Source: Macrostomum lignano (Eukaryota). Taken from it: a stretch of 64,000 nucleotides of DNA. Below the pieces are notes generated by a model. That model saw nothing but the letters and a program-made list of their open reading frames with translations. It did not search any database and was not told where the DNA came from. Of the stretch, positions 24,902 to 37,765 are shown piece after piece. Location: assembly GCA_002269645.1 (NCBI GenBank), contig NIVC01001573.1:156681-220680 (forward strand), written 5' to 3'. A program made the translations under genes and the position numbers. Position 1 is the stretch's first letter, and every line of letters begins with the position of its first letter.

Positions 24902-25440
24902 GCTACAGATTCTGATTTGTCAGTAGGAAAACTTACACAAAACCACAGGCGGGTGGGAACTAGCAGAAAGTGCAGGTGTGAACACAAATGAATAATTTAT
25001 TTTAACTCAACAGTACAAAAACGGTGTTAAGTAGCTGAATCGCGGTTCATGGTAAAAAATGAGTTGAATTTAACCAAAGCAAACATTCAAACCAGCGCTT
25101 GCTACTTGTTTTAGAAAAATCTCGATATCTAGGTGCGCATTCTTCTGTGGAGAAATCGAAGCATTACAAATTAAACTGGATAAAAATAGCATTACAGATT
25201 TTTTTAGCATCTGTGAGGACTAATGATAAAAAAATCGCTAATGTCGCTCTCAAGTATAAAACAATGAAAAATTAATTTGATATCTAAAGCAAGATATTTT
25301 ACTTCTTTAAATTAAGAACGCATCTTGGAAACCTTCCAACCCCTAAGCTATTTTCAACGTACATGTAGGAGTGTAAAAATTTGCTAACTTGCTGAGAATT
25401 TTGACGTCTAAGATCTTCTAAGCATAATAAGGAGGCTCGT

Positions 25441-25911
25441 GGGGTACACAGCGCTCACACAGGATGTACACACGCTCACACAGGATGTACACACGCTCAC
25501 ACAGGATGTACACACGCTCACACAGGGTGTACACACGCTCACACAGGGTGTACACACGCTCACACAGGGTGTACATACGCTCACACAGGGTGTACATACG
25601 CTCACACAGGGTGTACACACGCTCACACAGGGTGTACACACGCTCACACAGGGTGTACACATGCTCACACAGGGTGTACACATGCTCACACAGGGTGTAC
25701 ACACGCTCACACAGGGTGTACACACGCTTACACAGGGTGTACACACGCTCACACAGGGTGTACACACGCTCACACAGGGTGTACACATGCTCACACAGGG
25801 TGTACACATGCTCACACAGGGTGTACACACGCTCACACAGGGTGTACACACGCTTACACAGGGTGTACACACGCTCACACAGGGTGTACACACGCTCACA
25901 CAGGGTGTACA
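25441..25911. repeat. Minisatellite, 21-bp unit (GGGTGTACACACGCTCACACA)
   Basis: Direct periodicity. Confidence 0.95.
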
Positions 25912-26253
25912 GCGACCCAGACTTAAGAGAAACAGCCCCATCATGAGCCATTAAAAAGTTGGTAGCGAAATATCGAGCGCTCATCTTTATAAAAAGCGTC
26001 GAAGGCTAGTAGAATTTTCAGAGCCTTCAACACGATGCCGATGTGAAAGCTCGGCCACTGGCTCTCCTCCAACGCTGGTTGCAAAATCATTTTAAGGCAA
26101 AGGCTAATTCGGGAGTACTGAAGTTAAATCTTAGAACACGTGTCTATTCACATCGCTCATGAAAGCACTCTCGCAGTGATGAAAATAATGAAGTTCAAAT
26201 GGTTTCCACACCTCAGAGAGTTCAAGTGCAACTGTTGGATCAACTGCTTTCTG

Positions 26254-27594
26254 TTAGTCAATAACGGAGTAGCCAATGGAGGCCGTGTTCCGGAACCGCT
26301 GCTCGCAGGCAAAGAAACTGATTGTTCCAAAGCAGCCGAACACAACTAGAAGCAGCAGCTGCCACTGCATCAACAGGTAAGTGCTGTAGAAAAACGCAAT
26401 CGAAGCGGCCGCTGACTGGAAGAACTTAAACAAGGCGAAGGCCGGGGCGCTCTGGCTGGGGTACACGCAGCCCAGCACAGAGATCAGCTGCGTGTTGTAG
26501 CAAGCGTCACCGAAGCCCAGAAGGAAGGCACCGACCAGAGCCGCGGCCGGGTTCGCCTGCAGAAAGTAGATTCGCCCCGACGTATCTCGAATCGGAGAGT
26601 CCATCGGCAGATTCACAAAGGCCAGGTAGAAAGTGCAGGTGTGAACCAGGTAGCCCAGCAACACAACCGGGTCTCTGCCGAACTTATTGGTAAATGTACC
26701 CAAGATGCTAAACAGGAAACCGGCCAAGATCTCCCCAGCTGCGATGGCGATTCCCGATTGGCCAATCAGGCTGCTCACGCTGTCACCAAACTGACGGGTG
26801 TGGTGCAGCATCGTGCCGTACACACCGGACATGAAGGTGAGCTCAAGCCCGCTGTAGATGAAGGTGCTGATCAGCAGCTGCATTGGGGTGTCCCTCAGCA
26901 GCTGCACTGACTGGCGCAGAGTGTTCACCACGATACTCGAAGCCGACGGTCGGTCCAGCGTAGCCAAGTCGGCATTCACTGATGCGTCGATGTCATCGTC
27001 ATCTGACTGAGCAGTTCTGCTCCGGAAAAGTAGCATGAAAGCGCTGCCGCAGCAGCCCACGATCGTCAGAATGAGGAACAGTTTCCATCGGTCATCAGAG
27101 CTGATCTCGGGCTTGCCGCTGAATGACAGCGTGACGTACAGATTGCCCCAGAGGAGGCTGGTCTGGAAGATCGCCCAGAACAGACCGCTGTTGCGACCCA
27201 TGGTTTCAGAACTCGAATTGGCGGTGAGAAAAGCGCCCTGAGCTGTCCAAATCACAGCTGCAGCGATCCCTAGCAACACAGACCCGAGATAGAGACTCCA
27301 CAGAGCGGGGCGCAGGAAGGAAGCGCAGAATGCGTTGTAAATCAAGGCCGATGCAATCATGGACACCTTGGCGCCTAGCAAAGCAACAATCATTGGCGAG
27401 ATCCAGTTGAACACAGCGAACACCAGGTAGATTATGGACAAAGACTTGTAGCCGGCACCAGTGAAATCTTGTCCAGTATCATTCTGAGCAGCCTCGAGTA
27501 CCGACTCCTCCAGCATGCCGGTAGTTTGGAACGCGGTGAAGACCAGCATGAAGCTCAGACTGAGAGTTAAAATGTTGAGCAGAGCCCAGTTCAT
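26254..27594 (-). CDS. MFSD11: UNC93-like MFS transporter MFSD11, intronless (~446 aa from MNWALL)
   Basis: Uninterrupted ORF with FMLVFTAFQT, GIAAAVIWTAQG, GRNSGLFW, GRDPVVLLG, LLGFGDACYNTQ and AFALFKFFQS, which match the MFSD11/UNC-93 family. Confidence 0.92.
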   Translation of the reverse strand: MNWALLNILTLSLSFMLVFTAFQTTGMLEESVLEAAQNDTGQDFTGAGYKSLSIIYLVFAVFNWISPMIVALLGAKVSMIASALIYNAFCASFLRPALWSLYLGSVLLGIAAAVIWTAQGAFLTANSSSETMGRNSGLFWAIFQTSLLWGNLYVTLSFSGKPEISSDDRWKLFLILTIVGCCGSAFMLLFRSRTAQSDDDDIDASVNADLATLDRPSASSIVVNTLRQSVQLLRDTPMQLLISTFIYSGLELTFMSGVYGTMLHHTRQFGDSVSSLIGQSGIAIAAGEILAGFLFSILGTFTNKFGRDPVVLLGYLVHTCTFYLAFVNLPMDSPIRDTSGRIYFLQANPAAALVGAFLLGFGDACYNTQLISVLGCVYPSQSAPAFALFKFFQSAAASIAFFYSTYLLMQWQLLLLVVFGCFGTISFFACEQRFRNTASIGYSVID

Positions 27595-28101
27595 GTTGGC
27601 TTTGTGTCTGCAATGTAGATGCGCATTTTGACATTTCATTCAATCGAGGTTAGCGGCTTTCAATCAAAGAGAAATATCTATTCGTAACAAAATCTTCAAG
27701 AAATAATTCCGAAAGCCAGATGAAGTCGTGTGTAAATATCTAAAAAAACGAGCGCATTCTACGCAATCAAAAGACATCTTCTGCTAAATCAGATTCGTTA
27801 GTGGAGAAACATTGTTCATGTTTCTGATGATGATTCACTGGCTCAACAGACTATAGGTAAACGCATACTTAAAAAAATCTCTGTCGATGTAAATATTTTT
27901 AGTGGAAAGACAAAAAACACAATATTCAATATATCAGTACTTAGTTTACTAAAAAAGCATATACGATAAAAAAGTAAATTATTTAAAAAATCATAATACT
28001 GCATGTTACGACTGTTCAGCTGACAGGCAAGCCTTTCCTTCCAAGCCAAGCGTCTTATGGCCAATGTGATCTGTCAGTAGAAATTTTACGTCAACCCAAA
28101 T

Positions 28102-28572
28102 TTACGGTAGAAATTTCTGGCGCATGGTTTTGGAGTTGGAATTCTGAGTAACAAAGACCCCTTGAGCTGTCCCGATCACTGCGGCAGCGATCCCCAGCAA
28201 CACAGATCCAAGGCAGAGGCTCCACAGAGCAGGGCACAGGAACGAAGTGCAGAATGCGTTGTAAACCAAGGCCGATACAGTCATGGACACCTTGGCGCCA
28301 AATACGGTCACGATTATTGGCGAGATCCAGTTGAGCACGGCGAACACCAGGTAGATAAAGGACAAGGACCTGTACCCATATCCAGTGAAATCTTGACCGG
28401 TTTCCCTCTGAGCAGCCTCGAGCACCGACTCCTCCAGCATGCCGGTGGTTTGGAAGGCTGTGAAGACCAGCATGAAGCTCAGGCTGAGAATTACAATGGT
28501 AATTAGAGGCCTGCCCATTCCGGCCTTCGATCTGGAAGGCATTTTATCATGAAGTTTAAATTGGATGCTCAT
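28102..28572 (-). pseudogene. 3'-truncated partial duplicate of the MFSD11 gene (first ~4 TM helices)
   Basis: Close paralog of the N-terminus (LSLSFMLVFTAFQTTGMLEESVLEAAQ...GIAAAVIGTAQG). Similarity stops at the position corresponding to MGRNSG, followed at once by a stop. Confidence 0.8.
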
Positions 28573-28759
28573 AATTGTGATTTTGTTTGACTGTTCTAAA
28601 TTCGCTACGAGTACAACTGAATTATCAATTTGCTGAACATGGCTTCTCTAAATTGCGAGGCTAAGACTGATCATGGAATGGATTTTTGAAACGCTGTGTA
28701 CTGGAAATTTTTATGGTAAAATAAGTCACAATTTTGTAAGGAATTCACGGGCAATTTTG

Positions 28760-31700
28760 TGAGATGCTAGAGGCAGTTTTGTGAGAGATGTTACTGGCAG
28801 TTTTGTGAGAGATGCTACTGGCAGTTTTGTGAGAGATGCTACTGGCAGTTTTGTGAGAGATGTTACTGGCAGTTTTGTGAGATGCTACTGGCAGTTTTGT
28901 GAGATGCTACTGGCAGTTTTGTGAGAGATGTTACTGGCAGTTTTGTGAGATGTTACTGGCAGTTTTGTGAGATGTTACTGGCAGTTTTGTGAGATGTCAC
29001 TGGCAGTTTTGTGAGATGCCACTGGCAGTTTTGTGTGAGATGTTACTGGCAGTTTTGTGAGGAGCTACAGGCAGTTTCGTGAGATGCTACAGGCATTTTT
29101 GTGAGAGATGCCACTGGCAGTTTTGTGAGATCCCACTGGCAGTTTTTTAAGATGCCACTGGCAGTTTTTTGAGATGCCACTGGCAGTTTTGTGAGATGCT
29201 ACAGGCAGTTTTGTGAGAGATGCTACAGGCAGTTTTGTGAGAGATGTTACTGGCAGTTTTGTGAGGAGCTACAGGCAGTTTCGTGAGATGCTACAGGCAT
29301 TTTTGTGAGAGATGCCACTGGCAGTTTTGTGAGATCCCACTGGCAGTTTTTTGAGATGCCACTGGCAGTTTTGTGAGATGCTACAGGCAGTTTTGTGAGA
29401 GATGCTACAGGCAGTTTTGTGAATTGTGAGATGCTACTGGCAGTTTCGTGAGATGCTACAGGCAGTTTTGTGAATTGTGAGATGCTACTGGCAGTTTTGT
29501 GAATTGTGAGATGCTACTGGCAGTTTTGTGAATTGTGAGATGCTACTGGCAGTTTTGTGAATTGTGAGATGCTACTGGCAGTTTTGTGAATTGTGAGATG
29601 CTACTGGCAGTTTTGTGAATTGTGAGATGCTACTGGCAGTTTTGTGAGATGCCACTGGCATTTTTTTGAGATGCAACTGGCAGTTTTGTGTGAGATGCAA
29701 CTGGCAGTTTTGTGAGATGCTACTGGCAGTTTTGTGAGATGCTACTGGCAGTTTTGTGAGATGCCACTGGCAGTTTTGTGAGATGCTACAGGCAGTTTTG
29801 TGAGGAGCTACAGGCAGTTTCGTGAGATGCTACAGGCATTTTTGTGAGAGATGCCACTGGCAGTTTTGTGAGATCCCACTGGCAGTTTTTTGAGATGCCA
29901 CTGGCAGTTTTGTGAGATGCTACAGGCAGTTTTGTGAGAGATGCTACAGGCAGTTTTGTGAATTGTGAGATGCTACTGGCAGTTTCGTGAGATGCTACAG
30001 GCAGTTTTGTGAATTGTGAGATGCTACTGGCAGTTTTGTGAATTGTGAGATGCTACTGGCAGTTTTGTGAATTCTGAGATGCTACTGGCAGTTTCGTGAA
30101 TTGTGAGATGCTACTGGCAGTTTTGTGAATTGTGAGATGCTACTGGCAGTTTTGTGAATTGTGAGATGCTACTGGCAGTTTAGTGAATTGTGAGATGCTA
30201 CTGGCAGTTTTGTGAGATGCCACTGGCATTTTTTTGAGATGCAACTGGCAGTTTTGTGTGAGATGCAACTGGCAGTTTTGTGAGATGCCACTGGCAGTTT
30301 TGTGAGATGCTACAGGCAGTTTTGTGAGAGATGCTACAGGCAGTTTTGTGAATTGTGAGATGCTACTGGCAGTTTTGTGAATTGTGAGATGCTACTGGCA
30401 GTTTGTGAATTGTGAGATGCTACTGGCAGTTTTGTGAATTGTGAGATGCTACTGGCAGTTTTGTGAATTGTGAGATGCTACTGGCAGTTTTGTGAATTGT
30501 GAGATGCTACTGGCAGTTTTGTGAATTGTGAGATGCTACTGGCAGTTTTGTGAGATGCTACTGGCAGTTTTGTGAGATGCCACTGGCAGTTTTGTGAGAT
30601 GCTACAGGCAGTTTTGTGAGGAGCTACAGGCAGTTTCGTGAGATGCTACAGGCATTTTTGTGAGAGATGCCACTGGCAGTTTTGTGAGATCCCACTGGCA
30701 GTTTTTTGAGATGCCACTGGCAGTTTTGTGAGATGCTACAGGAAGTTTTGTGAGAGATGCTACAGGCAGTTTTGCGAATTGTGAGATGCTACTGGCAGTT
30801 TCGTGAGATGCTACAGGCAGTTTTGTGAATTGTGAGATGCTACTGGCAGTTTTGTGAATTGTGAGATGCTACTGGCAGTTTTGTGAATTGTGAGATGCTA
30901 CTGGCAGTTTCGTGAGATGCCACTGGCATTTTTTTGAGATGCAACTGGCAGTTTTGTGTGAGATGCAACTGGCAGTTTTGTGAGATGCCACTGGCAGTTT
31001 TGTGAGATGCTACAGGCAGTTTTGTGAGAGATGCTACAGGCAGTTTTGTGAATTGTGAGATGCTACTGGCAGTTTTGTGAATTGTGAGATGCTACTGGCA
31101 GTTTTGTGAATTGTGAGATGCTACTGGCAGTTTTGTGAATTGTGAGATGCTACTGGCAGTTTTGTGAATTGTGAGATGCTACTGGCAGTTTTGTGAATTG
31201 TGAGATGCTACTGGCAGTTTTGTGAATTGTGAGATGCTACTGGCAGTTTTGTGAATTGTGAGATGCTACTGGCAGTTTTGTGAATTGTGAGATGCTACTG
31301 GCAGTTTTGTGAGATGCCACTGGCATTTTTTTGAGATGCAACTGGCAGTTTTGTGTGAGATGCAACTGGCAGTTTTGTGAGATGCTACTGGCAGTTTTGT
31401 GAGATGCTACTGGCAGTTTTGTGAGATGCCACTGGCAGTTTTGTGAGATGCTACAGGCAGTTTTGTGAGGAGCTACAGGCAGTTTCGTGAGATGCTACAG
31501 GCATTTTTGTGAGAGATGCCACTGGCAGTTTTGTGAGATCCCACTGGCAGTTTTTTGAGATGCCACTGGCAGTTTTGTGAGATGCTACAGGCAGTTTTGT
31601 GAGAGATGCTACAGGCAGTTTTGTGAATTGTGAGATGCTACTGGCAGTTTCGTGAGATGCTACAGGCAGTTTTGTGAATTGTGAGATGCTACTGGCAGTT

Positions 31701-33448
31701 TTGTGAATTGTGAGATGCTACTGGCAGTTTTGTGAATTCTGAGATGCTACTGGCAGTTTCGTGAATTGTGAGATGCTACTGGCAGTTTTGTGAATTGTGA
31801 GATGCTACTGGCAGTTTTGTGAATTGTGAGATGCTACTGGCAGTTTAGTGAATTGTGAGATGCTACTGGCAGTTTTGTGAGATGCCACTGGCATTTTTTT
31901 GAGATGCAACTGGCAGTTTTGTGTGAGATGCAACTGGCAGTTTTGTGAGATGCCACTGGCAGTTTTGTGAGATGCTACAGGCAGTTTTGTGAGAGATGCT
32001 ACAGGCAGTTTTGTGAATTGTGAGATGCTACTGGCAGTTTTGTGAATTGTGAGATGCTACTGGCAGTTTGTGAATTGTGAGATGCTACTGGCAGTTTTGT
32101 GAATTGTGAGATGCTACTGGCAGTTTTGTGAATTGTGAGATGCTACTGGCAGTTTTGTGAATTGTGAGATGCTACTGGCAGTTTTGTGAATTGTGAGATG
32201 CTACTGGCAGTTTTGTGAGATGCTACTGGCAGTTTTGTGAGATGCCACTGGCAGTTTTGTGAGATGCTACAGGCAGTTTTGTGAGGAGCTACAGGCAGTT
32301 TCGTGAGATGCTACAGGCATTTTTGTGAGAGATGCCACTGGCAGTTTTGTGAGATCCCACTGGCAGTTTTTTGAGATGCCACTGGCAGTTTTGTGAGATG
32401 CTACAGGAAGTTTTGTGAGAGATGCTACAGGCAGTTTTGCGAATTGTGAGATGCTACTGGCAGTTTCGTGAGATGCTACAGGCAGTTTTGTGAATTGTGA
32501 GATGCTACTGGCAGTTTTGTGAATTGTGAGATGCTACTGGCAGTTTTGTGAATTGTGAGATGCTACTGGCAGTTTCGTGAGATGCCACTGGCATTTTTTT
32601 GAGATGCAACTGGCAGTTTTGTGTGAGATGCAACTGGCAGTTTTGTGAGATGCCACTGGCAGTTTTGTGAGATGCTACAGGCAGTTTTGTGAGAGATGCT
32701 ACAGGCAGTTTTGTGAATTGTGAGATGCTACTGGCAGTTTTGTGAATTGTGAGATGCTACTGGCAGTTTTGTGAATTGTGAGATGCTACTGGCAGTTTTG
32801 TGAATTGTGAGATGCTACTGGCAGTTTTGTGAATTGTGAGATGCTACTGGCAGTTTTGTGAATTGTGAGATGCTACTGGCAGTTTTGTGAATTGTGAGAT
32901 GCTACTGGCAGTTTTGTGAATTGTGAGATGCTACTGGCAGTTTAGTGAATTGTGAGATGCTACTGGCAGTTTTGTGAATTGTGAGATGCTACTGGCAGTT
33001 TTGTGAATTGTGAGATGCTACTGGCAGTTTTGTGAATTGTGAGATGCTACTGGCAGTTTCGTGAATTGTGAGATGCTACTGGCAGTTTTGTGAATTGTGA
33101 GATGCTACTGGCAGTTTTGTGAATTGTGAGATGCTACTGGCAGTTTTGTGAATTGTGAGATGCTACTGGCAGTTTTGTGAATTGTGAGATGCTACTGGCA
33201 GTTTTGTGAATTGTGAGATGCTACTGGCAGTTTTGTGAGATGCTACTGGCAGTTTTGTGAATTGTGAGATGCTACTGGCAGTTTTGTGAGATGCTACTGA
33301 CAGTTTTGTGAGATGCTACTGGCAGTTTTGTGTGAGATGCAACTGGCAGTTTTGTGAGATGCTACTGGCAGTTTTGTGAGATGCTACTGGCAGTTTTGTG
33401 AATTGTGAGGAGCAACTGGTAGTTTTGTGAGATGCTACTAACAGTTTT
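28760..33448. repeat. 4.7-kb minisatellite of 22/24/29-bp units (GAGATGCTACTGGCAGTTTTGT +/- GAATTGT) with higher-order structure
   Basis: Direct periodicity; rare variants recur at a 1665-bp offset. Confidence 0.97.
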
Positions 33449-33928
33449 GGGTACTCTGATGTAAATAATTCTACAATACTCGTAGTTAGAAGTAAAAGTA
33501 CACTAAATCGAAAATGGACAAAAAAACCTGAATTCGAATGGAAAGCTTCGAAATTTATCAGAAAAAAACAATTAATTATTTCTTAAAACATGATCACAGA
33601 AGCGCAAATATTCTAAAAACTGAGCAAAAAGAGAAATACGCAAAAAACTGGCATGCCTCAAACAGACCGCAGAATCAGCAGCGCTTGCTTGGGACGGATT
33701 GTGTGGCAAGCCAGGATTTTGGGGCACATTAGAAAATAAAATTTCACGAATTTCATCCAAAAGCAATGCAGAATGCGAGAACAAGTTTGTAGTAAAATTA
33801 AAGGGAAAATATCATTATAGTTATTTATCTGCAAACTAAAAACTTTCTCAGTCTAGAAAAAAGATTTAAACATTTTTTCTTTATAAAATTTGGCAGTTTT
33901 GTTACTTAATTAGGTTTAGGCATCTGAG

Positions 33929-34575
33929 CGATTCTCACGGGTAGTTTCAGGACGAATCTTAAGATTGGTGCAGGGACGAATCATAAGATTGATGTAGGGA
34001 CTGTAAAGACTGCGATAGTGAAGGCGGCAGTGTGAGCGCGAAACGAAAGGCTTAAGGCCCCATATGGCCGTGGGCCCAATATATATATATTTGTTAGGCG
34101 ACAGTGAACGATGCGTACATTCATGAACATGTACATTGCTACGCTATTGATTAGGACAGAGCGGGCGAGAGAGAGAGAGAGCGCTGGGAACAGGCACCGC
34201 CCTGCTAGGCTAATTCAACTAGGTGGCAATAACAGGGACGAATCTTAAGATTGGTGTAGGAACGAATCTTAAGATTGATGTAGGAACGAATCTTAAGATT
34301 GGTGTAGGAACGAATCTTAAGATTGGTGTAGGACGAATCTTAAGATTGGTGTAGGGACGAATCTTAAGATTGGTTCAGTGGCGATTCTCACTGGTGGTTC
34401 AGTGGCGATTCTCACTGGTGGTTCAGTGGCGATTCTCACTGGTGGTTCAGTGGCGATTCTCACTGGTGGTTTAATGGCGATTCTCACTGGTGGTTCAGTA
34501 GCGATTCTCACGGGTGGTTTAGTGGCGATTCTCACTGGTGGTTTAATGGCGATTCTCACTGGTGGTTCAGTGGCA
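33929..34575. repeat. Composite minisatellite of two ~24-bp units (GGACGAATCTTAAGATTGGTGTAG; GCGATTCTCACTGGTGGTTCAGTG)
   Basis: Direct periodicity; interrupted by a solo LTR. Confidence 0.88.
34002..34234. mobile_element. Solo LTR (233 bp) with 5-bp target site duplication GGGAC
   Basis: GGGAC|TGTAAAG...AATAACA|GGGAC at 33997-34001 and 34235-34239; TG...CA termini. Confidence 0.75.
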
Positions 34576-34757
34576 AGTTCCATAAGATTTTGGTATATCT
34601 AAAGTCTAGACCATCTAGGAATGAATAAGGCGGACATAAATTTGAAGCATCAATTAACAAGCATTAAAATCTGAATTGAGATCAAAGGTCTTTCACACAA
34701 AAACTGTTGTTAAAAGAAACAAACAGCCTAGAGTCTTCACTGTGCGACAAACAGCTG

Positions 34758-36149
34758 TCAATCAAATAGTGACAGGCCCTCGTCTTTCTCCTCCTCCTCA
34801 TCTCCCCGCTCCCTGCCAGCAGCTCTGTCGGCCTCTGCGCTGCCAATCTCGCTCCTGCCAACGTCAGCGAGCAGGTTGGCCTGCAGGCTGGCAATGAGGG
34901 CTTCGTCCGCAGAATTTCTGCCCTCGCTGTCCTGCTCGCGAGCGGCCACGGACATGAGGATTGCCTCGCTGAGCAGCTTGTCGACCTCGCCAGATACGTA
35001 CTCGTGAGTCTCGGGCGTCTGCAGGCGGTCAATGTTGGGCAGCCGGAACAGATCTGGCAGGTTGTCAGCGTCAGCATCTACGGCTGCTGATTGCTGAGCT
35101 TGCGGCTGCTCCAGCAGTGTCTGCTGCAGCCGAGACGCCATGTCGCCGCTTTGTGCGTCCTCCCACTGGCCCTGGCGGGTTTTAGAAAGACTGATGACAT
35201 GTCATCGCGTCGATTTTGATTTTGATGATGGTAGATAACGCTAAATTGCGAGGCTGCACTACTATCCTAGAATATAGTAGCTTTTATTTTAGCACTTTTT
35301 GTAACTCGGCGCTTTTCAGCCAGTCGACAGCCCACTGCAAATTTTTGGCCTTCTATATAAGAAACTAGGCGGTTGTAGCCTATTGGTTAGCCTAGAGCGT
35401 CAGATTCACGACTTGAAGGTCGGGGGTTCGATTTCCGATCCCACTGGAACAATTTGTGTCCTTGAGAAAGACACTTAACTCTGCATTGCTTCAGTTCACC
35501 CGCCATGTAAAATGGGTGCCAGCATTAGCTGGGGTAATTGAGGGTGTGTGTGGCGACCCCCCAGTCCTTTGACTGCAGCTGAGCTGTCGGTTGCACATCA
35601 CTCATTATTATTTTTATTTCTTCAACTGCTCTGCCTTTGTGAACACCTTGGCACTATAAAGGCCAACTGCCATTCGCTCACCTGCGTGAGCCGGAACGTG
35701 TCCCCGGCGCCTCCAGACGACGAGGCAGTCAAACTCGGCGCCGGGGACAGCGGAGGCGGAGCGGGCGATTCGGCGGCTGTCGCTGTTCCGCCACCTGCTG
35801 AGCCTCGCTGGCGGACCCGCTGCTGCATCAGCTCCACGCCCTGCGTCTCGTAGGCGGTGCCGTCTCGAACGAACTCCAAGCGGTGAGGGCTGCGCTTCGG
35901 GTGCAACGGATAGACGAAAGTCTCCCAATTGAGGTTGGCGACGCCAACTTCGATAGCTCTGGCCAGGTGCTGCTTGATGAAGGCCACGTGATCCTGCGGC
36001 TGCTCAACCATCAGGACGGCGACTAAACTGCGAAACAGCTGGGGAATCCGGTGCCTCTCCAGGTACTCCACTGCGCCTGGCCGGCAGAGCTCCGCATAGC
36101 CGAGTACATCCGGGCCCATCATAGTCTGAGTGGAGTCCGCTGCTGACAT
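34758..36149 (-). CDS. Two-exon protein (~293 aa) with an N-terminal RIIa/Dpy-30-type dimerisation-docking domain resembling that of AK5. Exons 36149-35682 and 35171-34758
   Basis: AVEYLERHRIPQLFRSLVAVLMVEQPQDHVAFIKQHL...LNWETFV; phase-0 GT-AG intron; acidic C-terminus. Confidence 0.75.
35368..35612 (+). mobile_element. CORE-type tRNA SINE, copy 3 (inside the intron of the D/D-domain gene)
   Basis: GGTTCGATTTCC, GTGTCCTTGAGAAAGACACTTAAC, GTAAAATGGGTGCC. Confidence 0.85.
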
Positions 36150-37299
36150 ACTTCAAGGCTGGCTAGAAAAGAGCTGACAGGCATGCATGAGAAAGATTTG
36201 CTTTGCTGAGTTTTAGATCTTTTGTCAAGATGTCCCCCCCAGTGAAAATGAGGTGCCATGTATGTCATGTTTGCAAGAATATTTCTTCCAGTGGCTATTC
36301 TGAGTGTGCACATGATTGGTGCTGACTGGCATCAATTTTATGATGCTAAATTTACATAAACATTCACAAGTATAGATTTCATTTTGGCATCAAGATTATA
36401 GGCCCATAATTTCAATGGAAAACCAAGTAAGTTAGGTGAAAGATTGGAACTAAAATCTGTGATATGCCTACCTAGTTAGCTAGAAAACCCCCATTTTCTT
36501 ATAGGGCAAGAATTAAACATTTATATCATAACAAATGATGCCCACTTCAGTATTTTAAGCTTAGATAAAACAAAAATTCCTTTATCTAGGCATTTAGATA
36601 TTCTTTTTCTATTATTCAATTATATTATATTAAATCATTTTAATGTACCAATATTCTATCTTTAATATAAATTCTTTTAAAAAGCACTTGTTTATTATTA
36701 GACTATAGATGTTAGTATAGAATAGTATAGAGATAGTATAGAAAAACCATATTAAATTAATTTTCCTCTCATCTTAGTAACACAATAAAATACAAGTTTG
36801 ACTATGGCAAAAAACTCTTACAAATGAAATAGCTTGTTTGACAACTAAAATTTTCAGTTTTAAAAACCAAATATCCTAGATAGAAATATTAAAAAACCAA
36901 TAGGTATATATTTATTTTAATAGGTTTTAAAACTATATAAATAAACTAGTTAGCAAAAGTACAAACAAAACATGTACAAACAAAACAAAACATGTACAAA
37001 CAAACTATGGCACAAACAAAACATATATTAAAAAAATTACTAGTAGAACAATGTAGCATTATATTTAAAGAAAATTACAATCAATAATTTTACTTCTAAG
37101 ATGGAGTTTGTGCAACTACTAAGGCTGCTAAGTATAAACTTGTCTCCAATTATAATTTATAGTAATAATAGGAATATAAATATAGCAAAAAGCATTTAGA
37201 ATGAGTAATATTAACATTTCAAAGACTTTATTACAGTTTGGGAACTAGGTTGAAACAAAAAAGCTAAAATATAGTTAAAATGCAGAATCAGAAACTTTT

Positions 37300-37740
37300 T
37301 AACCTAAGCAAAACTGACTAGTCTTGCAATATTGACTTGTGATTAGATACTGGTAAGAACTAACTAACTAACGAATAAATAAAAAACATTTATAAAATGA
37401 ATATATCATTACAAGTTAAATTCAGTCTAGAAACAAATTAAGCGCATAAACAAATTTTGCCTAGTTTTAAAAGCCTTATAGGATTAGATACGTATTTCTT
37501 GCTTTTGCGATAATAAAAATCTTTTTTAAACACGTACTTATGCAGATATTGGCAAGCAATGCTTAATAATTTCTTTACAACAGTATTAACGTATAACCAG
37601 ATGTTAACTTGTTGCCTTCTGTTAGCCAATACAACCTTTGTTCCAGACAATTTTTTTATTTTAGAATCTTTTTTTCAAGCGCTTCAAAGACGTATTTAAG
37701 GACATCCAACTTTTGTTGCACAGGTACAAGCTAATACATT
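37300..37740 (-). mobile_element. Probable highly degenerate LINE (RT thumb region) within an AT-rich island
   Basis: Frameshifted translation KKRF*..IKKLSGTKVVLANRRQQVNIWLY... resembles the I/R1-group KKLSGTxWGADR motif. The match is weak and by eye only. Confidence 0.35.
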
Positions 37741-37765
37741 TTAATTTACTTGTAATAATACATGT

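Noticed and set aside
36330-37700. Mitochondrial insertion (NUMT)
   Set aside because: No recognisable mitochondrial protein or rRNA motif in the flatworm code by manual translation.
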